A stretch of 64,000 nucleotides of DNA, taken from Nitrosopumilus sp. (GTDB lineage Archaea; Thermoproteota; Nitrososphaeria; Nitrososphaerales; Nitrosopumilaceae). Position numbers and translations under genes: made by a program. This document shows, piece by piece, positions 50,501-57,268 of this stretch (its first letter is position 1; every line of letters begins with the position of its first letter). Below the pieces are notes generated by a model. That model was not told where the DNA came from. It did no database searches and saw only the letters and a program-made list of their open reading frames with translations. The stretch lies in the NCBI GenBank assembly GCA_965218785.1, contig OZ244650.1, positions 604,110 through 668,109 on the forward strand. Reading direction: 5' to 3'.

Positions 50501-51456
50501 CTTCTGGTGCACAGGCATCCTGCATCGAGATAGGACAGGCAGGCTCTGTGATAAATACGGATAAACCGATACGGATACAGCTTGGAGGACAGGCAGGCAA
50601 CGTTCCATGGTACTCTCAGGGCGGTGCTGCAGCTACCCAGATAACTGCAGCGTGTACTGCCGATGATCTTACCCCTGTATCAGCGCAGCTTGACGGCACC
50701 GGGGAGTGCTTCATAAATACCAATCTTGACCTGATAATCTGGACTGCACACTTTACAGTATTTGGCTCAAACCTGGTAACACCACCACCGGTTGTTGTTG
50801 TTGCACCAGAATCAGAACCAACACCCGCATCCGAACCCGCTCCTAGAAGATCAGGCGGAGGAGGACACGGCAACACACTTGATCCACGTGTATGTGGCGG
50901 CGTACTGTGCAGTGAACAGGGATCTAACAACCAGTCTTCAGGCACCCCTTCAACTAGCAGGTCTTCAAGCGACCAAATCCGTACCGTACCACGTGTAACT
51001 CCTGAGCAAACACAGGAACCTGACAGAACACAAAATGGTGCAGATCCGGCACTTGGCACACCAGAGCCTGAACCATCCCCACTGCCAAAGACTCCAGAAC
51101 CAGGCTTAACGAATCCGGCACCCGGCTCTACTGTGGATCCAGAACCGGGCTCAACGAATCCGGCACCCGGATTACTTGTGGATCCAGAACCGGGCTCAAC
51201 GAATCCGGCACCCGGATTACTTGTGGATCCAGAACCGGGCTCAACTAGTCCTGCACCCGGATTACTTGTGGACCCAGAACCAGGCTCAACTAGTCCTGCA
51301 CCCGGATTACTTGTGGATCCAGAACCAGGCTCAACGAATCCGGCACCCGGCTCTACTGTGGACCCAGAACCAGGCTCTACTGTGGACCCAGAACCAGAAC
51401 AAGCCGATGGCATATTTGAACAGATTGGCAGATGGTTCACATCATTATTTGGATAA
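38521..51456 (+). CDS. Giant (4311 aa) secreted modular surface protein/adhesin
   Basis: Signal peptide; two 7-repeat beta-propeller-like blocks; ~28 Ig-like modules of three types; Pro-rich linker; amphipathic C-terminus. Confidence 0.9.
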   Translation: MTILPIGLLAILFAFSAGLVLSDANAQTAVLSEIDSFALPDNGYRHNLIHLSDEFYVSSHTAIHTSATDENALSSVVYLRLYTIINGEINLIRDLAVTPTGGGSESTVRSETENPNSTGLARVDVDRLALSYTSSGTNIIRTYNVTISSPNPDFVRDKQRVFQSVGDANNHSLVALDKETLVLSYSLPDGSPDGYVQLFSIPHSGITLDLENTLRYTDIQGRYPSLVKLDDDRVVLAYRTVRAQVYIQTVDIVTNDMANDTLNARLAFTTIDSDERTAYNSLIRVDDNTVALAYSRIGMSTNLGDGDGRIRVFDVADTTGAISSTGSGAVFYDDAETAGSEERIHLSSLALLDSDTIAVAYRGEGGAGFIRLYDIASNGALTANGEPLEHDSANGAFNSLIAIDDTTLALVYGGDLARTDLSTSSEVPNTIKLFSTVSDVMPPTILSAETTDSNTIVLTASELLEGMANIGDFTVSSSTLSGHTVFPNTVTAAEISGSTIILTTGTVISGGTITIAVEYRGNSITDGVGNALARFTDQSVSNREVGVPIITSVSATPGTYKIGDTIDITVTLNTSVFVSNSNGRLELNFGTITREVPISSSVTNSNTITLPFPYTVATGDTSANLNYVDTNSFLGSSGHFTGPEGLLNLALPPTTSADSLGGSNIIVTGIAPIISTAVTTGSTTIVLTASEALTGTIATGDFTVDGNTVMGIPILSDGTTITITVDTAIIGGNTVTVDYGGTALVNAAGNALATFDDRPVTNNEAPIPVITDVSATGGPYTAGNTVPITVTYDLAVRVVGNPELLLATGDPVAGTPNTPAVYHSSPTPTTLLFNYMVAATDNSADLNYVGTDSLTLSGSDSILSTADSAVASLTLPDPSVNSFGGSNIVVDNVAPFPSINRAVPTNPTLPFDIEYAVLFSEPVTGLMASEIMVTGTASGGSPVVSDFVGTPPTDRYTFNVEITADGTVEVTIPAGVAMDRVNIGNTALLTSVIDTIDTTAPFYRSAVTTDANTITITVSEPLDESVDAVASDFSVTSNGIANGLTALPEINDNIITLRVGTPILGGHAITVQYSGMNLIDAAGNALEIFTRNPTNTLDVPTTPAVTGVTGLGGFYFSGFSIDIEVTFDEAVTVSTESGIPRIILDTGVTGGTAVNYVRTESGGTVLVFDYSTAPGHNSEKLNYVNTGSLILNGGSINAADDANPADLTLPAVASTASLGNSNIVVDTVIPSVTISSDNLLTKSRSITFTAEFTEDVTGFVDTTNDIVVSGAATTVTTITPVNGTHYDFVVDATADGAVTVSIPADAAMDRADNGNTVSDPYTITVDTVAPTVTISTDTANGGSQNTNTISYNVDFSEGVHDFVEGDITVTGTAPFGTPAIRNFNEVGPEEYTFDVVTTDNGTVLVTIPAGVATDDATNGNEASATYTVTVDDDIPTVTISATDSAGTATANGGSQNDNTISYTATFSKPVTGFEIDDITISGSAPLGTPAVTNFDITNAPEYTFDVVTTNDGTVLVSIAENVAADTAGNGNAASGVYTVTVDNVVPTVMLGSTTTAVDGGSQNTSIASYTVMFSEDVENFVEGDITVTGTASGGSPGVSSFAGIGASYTFNVETSADGTVEVTIPAGVAADAAGNLNTESLMHTITVDTTVPTVGITTDTANGGSQNTNTISYTATFSEAVNNFVVDDITVTGTASGGSPTATIFDGSGASYTFNVVTSADGTVEVMIPANVATDTANNDNMESGTYTVTVDTLAPTIMSVETTDSTTIVITALEPLAEITPTGVFTVTDNTVNGIPTISGSTITIIVGTSIVFGDTPEVTYVGTDLTDVAGNALEAITDRTVTNNVPVAGAPVVTGVAAPPGSYKEGDTINITVTFNEAVTVSTTSGTPQLTLETGDPDAVAVYTLTGSTGTALIFEYTVAAGENSADLNYVSINSLDLNGGTIVAVAPGATPASTTLPAITAVESLGGSSAVIVDTMAPTVVITNIQTTNIGGFSSSRVLTFIATFSEEVNNFVVGDITVGGTATVTAAASVMQQPFGDRSIYTIAVTAPADGTVVVSIPLNAAADDAGNGNMASDPYTITVDTAAPTVTITADDVNANGFTNSAAITYNAKFNEVVSDFDNANDITLGGTATATVSAPTAINGTDYTFVVTSTADATSANDGTVVVSIPVNAVSDAAGNNNAASAPYTVTIDTVVSGVQITTITDNDGTQNSNTISYSAVFGEAVTGFDLADIDVSGTASNNAPVASSFSGSGLSYAFDVVVASGDGTVIVRIPANVAVDRAGNGHTASNTYTVTVDTALPTVEITADGVANGGSQTTDTVSYTATFNEEVVNFVVADIEVSGTASFGTPAVTDFDATNAPVYTFDVMTTDDGTVVVSIPEGAATDAGTNGNVASGDHTVTVDTSIPSVTGVAATGGSYMASDRIDIIVTFDEQVEVTGEPTLTLDTGAVVSFNAFVDTSRLTLQFPYTVTAGQNSDDLNYVDVDSLDLSGGSITAFDNGIPASLLLPATTLDDSLGGSDVIVDTTAPRFLSAQTTTPNTIEIIISEPLDQTMTAGTFTVATNTVSGTPVISGSTITITVGMAITSADTLTVSYTTDTGGIADIAGNALETFANPETVTNNVPDATAPTVLSVSAPPGTHTTGATIDITVAFDEAVDVTGVPQLTLDTGAVVDYTSGTGGTDLLFQYTVAAGENSADLNYANVNSLALNSGTINVAGGTTAVNLVLPATTAATSLGGSSAVIVDTTAPTVTISNDQTTSDGETATTRTLDYTVEFSETVTGFAMNDITVSGAATAPDAAPAGSDDTYTFTVTAPADGTVTVSIPAGAAADEAGNDNIVSADYTVIIDATAPTIMSAATSGSTTIVITASEPLAEITPTGDFTVTDNTVNGIPTISGSTITIIVGTSIVFGDTPEVTYVGTDLTDVAGNALAAITSQTVTNNVPVAGVPVVTGVAAPPGTHNAGDTIDITVTFNEAVDVTGTPQLTLETGDTDAVADYTSTGSTGTALIFEYTVAAGENSADLNYVGTTSLDLNGGTILAEADSVTPASLTLPATTDATSLGGSSAVVVDAVVPTVTISASVDNDGSTNDGSVFYTATFSEDVTGFDVAADITVSGTAAATLTTPTGSGSTYTFAATTTNGGTITVLIPADAAADTATNGNTASATYTVTVNSLSQINSLDLTPGGYRHNLVHFTGDYYVSSHTVTRANSDDAALWNFDTVLNLYSIIGGDITLIGSRTVETRTQDKTTTINEFTTHPRSTAVTAVDDDTIAVTYVASSTSRLRTYDVDTASTTAPFGTSVLTSLGTSGTLTQEQTHNHSLVTLDATRLVVAYSYPDASTTNYIQIINVVSGTGALTPETPVEITDTLGQYSSLVRLDGNTVVVAYRADANEYGYLRAYNISADNTIAPGDAVQIEGSRIAHTSLIRVDDDTVAVAYSALGLDTSTTDGQANLKVYNVDTNAAITGGTGVASSVYYDDAVADVTFEEHAHLNSLALLNTDTLAVAYRGDGPAGNVRLYDIDLSTNGLTARGEAFVHDTVNGAFNSLVSINDETLALVYGGDLPSVIANTDTPNTIKTLAVLGPDTTVPTIVAAVTSDANTIVLTASEFLARTAATPVFTVPGNAVTGTVILGTTVTITVDTQISLGDTPTINYAVGGAITDAAGNALAAFAALPVTNNVDDATRPTAIITNADIADGDTTLTDTTASYTVTFNEPVPGFDVADIIISGTASGGAPVPSNFETATADISYTFDVVTTSDGTVIVSVPENVAADPAGNQNTASNTYTITVDAEVPEIVSARLSTDTITIIYSKLVTTDASHYDDVMSPAGTPHTIDSFIDATPDDANYTVISLILSTTPAGTTATIDIAGPTKTSDSTSALSPLEDYPVTAEVNVVLDATDNRIAVTDFDSTLATVRYPSTVDATLDYSSLIDGESVTPTATTNTEIVVTATGIRGGDIQVTIPATTTFSSSTFDGILILPTDSGSGCDSTAITSGAQASCIEIGQAGSVINTDKPIRIQLGGQAGNVPWYSQGGAAATQITAACTADDLTPVSAQLDGTGECFINTNLDLIIWTAHFTVFGSNLVTPPPVVVVAPESEPTPASEPAPRRSGGGGHGNTLDPRVCGGVLCSEQGSNNQSSGTPSTSRSSSDQIRTVPRVTPEQTQEPDRTQNGADPALGTPEPEPSPLPKTPEPGLTNPAPGSTVDPEPGSTNPAPGLLVDPEPGSTNPAPGLLVDPEPGSTSPAPGLLVDPEPGSTSPAPGLLVDPEPGSTNPAPGSTVDPEPGSTVDPEPEQADGIFEQIGRWFTSLFG
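43815..44330. repeat. Near-identical intragenic duplicate of ~47109-47610
   Basis: Long exact matches at offset ~3294 bp, e.g. CTTTACCGTTACTGACAACACCGTTAATGGC...GCCGGAAACGCACTTG. Confidence 0.9.
51136..51396. repeat. 45-bp tandem repeat encoding DPEPGST(N/S)PAPG(LL/ST)V, 5 full copies plus partials
   Basis: Visible in both DNA and protein. Confidence 0.92.
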
Positions 51457-51479
51457 ACACGCGTCTTTGTTGGATGATG

Positions 51480-51820
51480 ACAGCTATCTGAAATATCCAG
51501 TAACTTATTCTGACGTATCTTCTTAATTGCAGGGGTCTTATGGCATCATGCATTATCAAACAATTATCAGTGCGATAAATCCTAATGGCAGTCAAATTGG
51601 TAAAACCATCTGGAAAAAATACATACTGCCATTTGATAACTTTAGAATTTACTGTTATTATGATATCATCTAAAGATGTACTCCAATCCTCAAAACAAAC
51701 CAGCATAATGCAGCGTATTTTGATTGCAGATTTTTTTTACCGTGTGGATATCCGCATGATTTGCTCTGCCCATCTATGGAATACTACATATCCTGAAATC
51801 TTTTTGTATTTCCATCCCAG
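51480..51820 (-). pseudogene. Possible decayed RNase H-like conserved thaumarchaeal gene
   Basis: Frame-hopping pieces NLQSKYAAL / AGLF*G / IGV / DDIIITVNSK resemble, from memory, a Nitrosopumilus family. Confidence 0.3.
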
Positions 51821-51909
51821 TAACAGCACGTGCTATGTCAATCAAAAAGTGGTCTTTTGTCTATATAATTTGAATGCGTCATTTATGATCACAGATTGAA
51901 AGGTGTATT

Positions 51910-52113
51910 ATGCCTGAATCGCGCACCTTCTTTAAGATAGTTGACGAGCTAGTAACATCTTCTGAATATGATCCAGAGTTGGCAGACGGAATCAAGTGGC
52001 TCGATGATCAGGCACAAAAAAAAGGCATCACGCTTTATGATATGGTCTTTGAAGTGTTATACAGGCATGATGTGGATTCCAAGGCAAAAACCTGGCTTCG
52101 TACAAGAAACTAA
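51910..52113 (+). CDS. Small conserved hypothetical protein
   Basis: 67-aa ORF with typical start context; converges on citrate synthase. Confidence 0.7.
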   Translation: MPESRTFFKIVDELVTSSEYDPELADGIKWLDDQAQKKGITLYDMVFEVLYRHDVDSKAKTWLRTRN

Positions 52114-52116
52114 AAA

Positions 52117-53280
52117 TTATTTTCTCAGGTCTAACGTTTTGTATTCGCATCCTTCCGGACCGCAGTATTTTCCAACATAGGTGGCCTTTGGTCTGTACAA
52201 CGCCGGTTTTGGTGCGGCCTCTGCAAATTTTTCCTCGATAATGTGGGCTGCCCATCCTACAACCCTGGAAATTGCAAATATCGGGGTGTTTAGATCCATT
52301 GGAATTTTTAACATGTAATAGATTGAGGCACTGTACAAATCCACATTCGGATAAATGTCCCGGTCTTTTTGTAACTTTATCTCAGAAATAGTCACAGTCT
52401 CAATTTTTTCAGTAATGGCAAACCATGGTTCCTTGGTTTGCCCTGCAAGCTTTCTTGATAGTTCCTTTAGAACCTGCGCACGCGGGTCATATGTTTTATA
52501 AACGGCGTGTCCCATTCCCATGATTCTCTCACCCCCGCCTATTTTATCCCTGATCCATGACTCTACATTTTTTATATCGTGAATCTCCAATAGCATCTTC
52601 ATGACTTCGGTATTTGCCCCTCCGTGCAGCTCCCCACTTAGCGCCCCGATTGCGGCACTTGATGCCGAATACATGTGCGCCCTAGTTGATGCAACCTGTC
52701 TTGCAGTAAACGTTGAGGCATTAAAGGTGTGATCTGCATGAAGAATCAGACATACATCGAAGATCTTCTCTGTCTCCGGTGCCGGTATCTCGCCGGACAT
52801 CATGTATAAAAAATTTGCAGCATGACTCAACGAAGGATCAGGATCTATGATTTCCAGCCCGTTTCTTATTCTCTGCCAGCTTGCAATGATGGTTGGAACC
52901 TTTGCGATTAGATTAATTGCCCTGTCATAACTGGCATCCTTGTTTGAAAACTCTTCGTCATAATACCCCGCTAGTGCGGCAACAAATGCCTGAATCATAT
53001 CCATGGGATCGGCATCCTTTCTCCAGTTTCCCATGTTCTTTTGCATCTGTTTTGGAATGAACCTGGCATCGACCATCTTTGCTTTAAACTCGTCTAGCTG
53101 CTGCTTGTTTGGCAGGATGTCATAAAGCAGCAGATATGCCGTTTCCTCAAAGGTTGAATTTTCCGTAAGATCCAAAATATCATATCCCCTGTAGATGAGC
53201 CTGCCTTTCTCCCCGTCAATGTTTGATATCCTGGTGTCTGCAATCTCTATTCCCCTCAGACCTATATTTTTGGTCTCCAT
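52117..53280 (-). CDS. gltA: Citrate synthase
   Basis: GLRGI, HADHTFNAS, GELHGGAN, MGMGHAVYK, PNVDLYS, SRVVGWAAH. Confidence 0.96.
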   Translation of the reverse strand: METKNIGLRGIEIADTRISNIDGEKGRLIYRGYDILDLTENSTFEETAYLLLYDILPNKQQLDEFKAKMVDARFIPKQMQKNMGNWRKDADPMDMIQAFVAALAGYYDEEFSNKDASYDRAINLIAKVPTIIASWQRIRNGLEIIDPDPSLSHAANFLYMMSGEIPAPETEKIFDVCLILHADHTFNASTFTARQVASTRAHMYSASSAAIGALSGELHGGANTEVMKMLLEIHDIKNVESWIRDKIGGGERIMGMGHAVYKTYDPRAQVLKELSRKLAGQTKEPWFAITEKIETVTISEIKLQKDRDIYPNVDLYSASIYYMLKIPMDLNTPIFAISRVVGWAAHIIEEKFAEAAPKPALYRPKATYVGKYCGPEGCEYKTLDLRK

Positions 53281-53397
53281 ACTAGCATGTCAAAAAATCT
53301 TCTATTATATTTTTTCCAAAATCATGTATGTGAAGTTTAGTATTTAGTCTAAAATGGCAACTTTTGCTCATAAATGAAAATTTTTAGTTAAAAATTA

Positions 53398-53589
53398 ATG
53401 AACATCCATGAGCGTGAACACCTCAAAAGACTAGACGATCTCGTGCTTGCCGCATCACCTAAAACACTGGAAAAAATTCAGGAAATTGACCATCAGACAC
53501 AGATGGAGGGATTATCCCTTTACGACGTATACCTTGATTCGAATTCCCTGGTTAATCCGGGCATCAAAAAACCAGCAAAGAAATCCTGA
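53398..53589 (+). CDS. Small hypothetical protein
   Basis: 63-aa ORF in backbone context. Confidence 0.55.
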   Translation: MNIHEREHLKRLDDLVLAASPKTLEKIQEIDHQTQMEGLSLYDVYLDSNSLVNPGIKKPAKKS

Positions 53590-53636
53590 TTTTTCATATT
53601 TCATTTAAATGAGGGCTAGTAATTTTTTTATTCATA

Positions 53637-54701
53637 TTGACCGTATCTAAAACCAGGAAATCTGCAACCAGGAAAACCGTAAAAAAGACCGCCAAAAAAA
53701 CGGTCAAAACCCCCAAAAAACCGCGACGTACAAAAACAATCTGTATCTCCCACAAGGAGGACGCAGATGGAATCAGCTCTGCTGCGTTAATACGACAGGC
53801 CTTTGGCGGTGATGCGCTACTTGTAGACTATCCCGGACAGATGGAGGCATTGCAACAGATGGTTTTAGATGAAAAACTAAAGACTCTCTTCATCTGTGAT
53901 CTTGGTCTGAGCAAAAAGACGCAGGATGAATTTATTGACATCATGGCTGCCTTACGAAAAGACAAGGTTTCAGTTACCTATATCGATCACCATGACATTG
54001 ATCCCGGCGTTGTAAAATCGCTTAAAAAACTCAAAGTCAAAGTAATTCATAATGTTAACGAATGCACCGCAGTACAGGTCTACTCTGCATTCAAATCAAA
54101 ACTCGTTGATCATGCCTCATTTGTTGCAGCGTGTGCGGCAATTACCGACTATATGGAGGACAGGCCGATTGGCTCAAAACTGCTTCAAATCTACGACAGA
54201 CAGTTTGCATTGATTAACGCAACTGTTCTTACCTACAACATTGTAGGCCATCAAAAGGAACCGGACTATCTGCAGTATCTAGTAGAGGAGCTGGCAGACT
54301 CGAAATTCCCGCATCAAATTCCAAACACCTTTGAATTTGCCCAGATTCAGGTCGAAAAACTATCACAGATGATTGCAAAGGTAAAGAAGGGGCTGAAGAC
54401 CATGAGCAATCTGGGACACATGGAAATCCTTGATGCCGGTGCTAGCGGCGCAGTTAATTTTGTCATGGGACTGTCAGGAAAGAATGTTGGCGTTGCATAC
54501 AAGGAGCGAGTTGATCATGGTATTTACGCGGTTTCAGTTAGAGGTTCAAAAGACTGTAAAGTCCATCTGGGCAAGATCGTAAATGTACTGGCATCTGATC
54601 TTGGCGGTTCGGGCGGGGGACACGACAGGGCATGCGGCGCAGTCATTCCAAAACCGAAAATCAAAAAATTCATTACAGAACTAAATAAAAAGATAAGATA
54701 A
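53637..54701 (+). CDS. DHH/DHHA1 phosphoesterase
   Basis: SHKEDADG, ICDLG, IDHH, SVRG, GGGHDRACG. Confidence 0.88.
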   Translation: MTVSKTRKSATRKTVKKTAKKTVKTPKKPRRTKTICISHKEDADGISSAALIRQAFGGDALLVDYPGQMEALQQMVLDEKLKTLFICDLGLSKKTQDEFIDIMAALRKDKVSVTYIDHHDIDPGVVKSLKKLKVKVIHNVNECTAVQVYSAFKSKLVDHASFVAACAAITDYMEDRPIGSKLLQIYDRQFALINATVLTYNIVGHQKEPDYLQYLVEELADSKFPHQIPNTFEFAQIQVEKLSQMIAKVKKGLKTMSNLGHMEILDAGASGAVNFVMGLSGKNVGVAYKERVDHGIYAVSVRGSKDCKVHLGKIVNVLASDLGGSGGGHDRACGAVIPKPKIKKFITELNKKIR

Positions 54702-54994
54702 TCACGCAAAAACCTGCAGACTGCATGGGTGCGCCCTTGAACCTGCTATGATTTGCAGGTACTGTCATATCATGGCAAAAGGCACGAATTTGTGGGTTGT
54801 TTTCAGGATGTTTGATTTTGTTATTTATCTTGTCTTGGGCAAGACCCGTATCTGGTTTGATGATTTCCGGTTCACTGCTGTGCATTTCTTTTAATTAAGC
54901 GGGAACATAACGATTCAATCGTTAAAAGGATTTGCCCAAATCAAATACAAAACTGGAAGAATTTTTTAATAATTTGCAGACTGGTTCTTTATAG

Positions 54995-56128
54995 TTGAAT
55001 CTAAAGACGGCCGTACCACTCGTTGTACTCGGTGTTGTAACTGTGGTGCTGATCCTGTCTTTTTCTGATTCTTTTGTATTGCCGCCAGTCACGTCTAATC
55101 CTGCTACTGTCACCACCCCCACGTCTGAAATCCAACCGGCTTATTCGGGATTGACCATTATGGAAACAGATGGAATCCGGCACAGCATTCCCCTTGATAA
55201 AATAAAGAGCGGGGGACCTCCCAAAGATGGAATTCCATCCGTTGATGAGCCTAAATTTGCCGGGGTTTCGGACTCCCATTTCATATCTGATGCTGATACC
55301 GTGATTGGATTGGAGATCAACGATGATGCCAGGGCATATCCGATATTTATTTTAGTCTGGCATGAAATTATTAATGACACGGTGGGCGGCATTCCTGTTT
55401 CTGTAACATACTGCCCGCTTTGTTATACCAACCAGGTCTTTGAGCGAATAATTAACGGCAAGGTAGTAGAGTTTGGCACGTCTGGAAAACTGTACAACAG
55501 TAATTTGCTGATGTATGACAGATATACGGAATCCTACTGGAGTCAGGCCCTTGGAACCGCAGTCAAAGGGGAGCTGACTGGGTATGAACTGGATTTAATT
55601 CCGTTTGATGTTATTACCTGGGGTGATTGGAAGAGACTTCATCCTGACACCGTGGTGCTCACTACAGATACGGGATACGTTCGTGCATATGATGTTGATC
55701 CCTATGGTAATTATTATACAGAACCACGGATCATATTTCCTGTGGAACACAGCGATGACCGACTGGATCCCAAGGAGATAGTCATCGGGTTTGAGCAAGA
55801 CGATGTTTACAAGGCATACAAACAAAACGATGTTGAATCTGAGGTGGTAATCAACGATTCTGTAGGGCCGACTCCTGTGTTGCTTGCTTCGTTGTTTTCT
55901 GAAAATTCCAGGGCTTTTGTAAGGCTGGTCGGTGATGAGACACTGGATTTTGTCTATGAGGATGGAAAAATTTTGGATTCTATGACGGGATCCGAATGGA
56001 ATTATGACGGGTTGTCTGTCTCTGGTACGTATCAGGGGGAACAACTACAAAGGATGCCAATCGAGCCTGGATTTTGGTTTGAATGGGTTGCATTTCATCC
56101 ACAAACTTTGGTGTATGGTGTTAATTGA
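54995..56128 (+). CDS. DUF3179-family membrane-anchored protein
   Basis: SGGPPKDGIPS, WHEIINDTVGG, TYCPLC, FGTSGKLYNSNLLMYDR, WFEWVAFHP. Confidence 0.85.
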   Translation: MNLKTAVPLVVLGVVTVVLILSFSDSFVLPPVTSNPATVTTPTSEIQPAYSGLTIMETDGIRHSIPLDKIKSGGPPKDGIPSVDEPKFAGVSDSHFISDADTVIGLEINDDARAYPIFILVWHEIINDTVGGIPVSVTYCPLCYTNQVFERIINGKVVEFGTSGKLYNSNLLMYDRYTESYWSQALGTAVKGELTGYELDLIPFDVITWGDWKRLHPDTVVLTTDTGYVRAYDVDPYGNYYTEPRIIFPVEHSDDRLDPKEIVIGFEQDDVYKAYKQNDVESEVVINDSVGPTPVLLASLFSENSRAFVRLVGDETLDFVYEDGKILDSMTGSEWNYDGLSVSGTYQGEQLQRMPIEPGFWFEWVAFHPQTLVYGVN

Positions 56129-56607
56129 CTGGTCCTGTCTCAAAAGCTGTTCTTGCTGGAATTGCCACCGTTACAGTCTATCTTTTAGTAGTTGTAGTTA
56201 CAACCCCTGCGTTGGAGCCTGCCGCTGCCATTAGTGCGGCGTTTCAGCTAAATTCAATTGTGATTATCGGAATGGGCGTGGGGATTGGATTACAGGTGTT
56301 TCTCACCGGGAAGAGCAGGCTGCTTGGATGCAAGCTTTTGGTAAAGAAAAAAGCATTTGGGGGAAATACTGCAGGTGCGGCTGCCACATCCTTTTTCTCT
56401 TTTTTCTCCCTGATTCCACTTGGTTGCTGCGGATGGTGGCTTTACGCCCTGTCACTGCTTCCTAGCGTGGTGGGAACCGGCGCGTCTGCCGTCCTGATAG
56501 AGTACAGTCAGGTTTTGGCATATGTTGGGCTGGTCATAATTTTTGGGTTTGCAGGACTGACTGCCTTTAAATTAAGACAGGAACAGGGACTACAAAAAAC
56601 AGCCTAG
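56125..56607 (+). CDS. Membrane protein with a Cys-Cys motif
   Basis: About 4 TM segments, LGCCGWW; overlaps the DUF3179 stop by 4 bp. Confidence 0.7.
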   Translation: MTGPVSKAVLAGIATVTVYLLVVVVTTPALEPAAAISAAFQLNSIVIIGMGVGIGLQVFLTGKSRLLGCKLLVKKKAFGGNTAGAAATSFFSFFSLIPLGCCGWWLYALSLLPSVVGTGASAVLIEYSQVLAYVGLVIIFGFAGLTAFKLRQEQGLQKTA

Positions 56608-56632
56608 CTTTTTTCTAGCGACTGTTACCCTT

Positions 56633-56679
56633 GTAGTTTTTGGTTTGATAAAATTGATCTCAAAAACATTTGCGTGTCA
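56633..56679. repeat. Left direct repeat of AT-rich island
   Basis: GTAGTTTTTGGTTTGATAAAATTGATCTCAAAAACATTTGCGTGTCA matches 59973-60017 with 3 substitutions and a 2-bp indel. Confidence 0.88.
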
Positions 56680-56803
56680 TTATATAAGAAGATGAAACGT
56701 ATGGCAGAATCAACCTGATCCGTTATATGATGCTAGCAGATCTAGTATTGGAGGGGGTTTGGCATGGGAGAACCAAAACAAGAGATATTTATTTTTGAAT
56801 AAA

Positions 56804-57268
56804 TTATGTTGAGGTTCCTGCAGGATAGACATTCGCAGGATCGTTTCGTGGATTGATTCTAATATTGTTCTTGTACATGCTTAATGCTTGTTCATCACTC
56901 GTGACAATAACCGTATTGGGAAGTAATGAATTATTTATCATACTAAATTCTCCAAACTGTATTTGGGGCGAAATGGGAATAATCACCTTATTTCTTATTA
57001 TATTTTTCATAAATAAATCATCAAGAGAAACGAAAGAAAATTTTTTGTTTGATTTGAATAATCTGTAGGTACTCTGTAAATTATTTTTATCATTTTTATG
57101 ATAATGAGATCTTCGAATAAATTCTAAGAATATACTATGTAAAATTATAATATTATCTTGATCTTCTGTAAGAATACCATCAAACCATTTTTTAACATTA
57201 GCTTGTTTCAATGAAAAATAATCCTCTAGAACTGTTGTATCTAGAACTAAATTTTCAGCATTCATCAA
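56804..57268 (-). CDS. PIN-domain (VapC-like) protein
   Basis: LVLDTTVL, FLEF, GEF, IVTSDE give the PIN-like acidic spacing. Confidence 0.6.
   Translation of the reverse strand: MMNAENLVLDTTVLEDYFSLKQANVKKWFDGILTEDQDNIIILHSIFLEFIRRSHYHKNDKNNLQSTYRLFKSNKKFSFVSLDDLFMKNIIRNKVIIPISPQIQFGEFSMINNSLLPNTVIVTSDEQALSMYKNNIRINPRNDPANVYPAGTST

Noticed and set aside
39261-51440. Many long antisense ORFs inside the giant gene
   Set aside because: Shadow frames caused by Thr/Val/Ala/Asp codon bias and repeats; low complexity and no motifs.
54673-54885. Small minus-strand ORF between the DHH and DUF3179 genes
   Set aside because: Overlaps the DHH stop and has no recognisable motif; cannot be supported.
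56633-56679. Archaeal dif (Xer) site
   Set aside because: Does not fit 11-bp arms around a 6-bp spacer with TTATA-like inner ends.
56749-56757. TGG(A/T)GGGGG motifs near both island ends (also ~59930) as ORB or tRNA-end sites
   Set aside because: Too short; no ORB dyad, no cdc6 gene and no tRNA fold.
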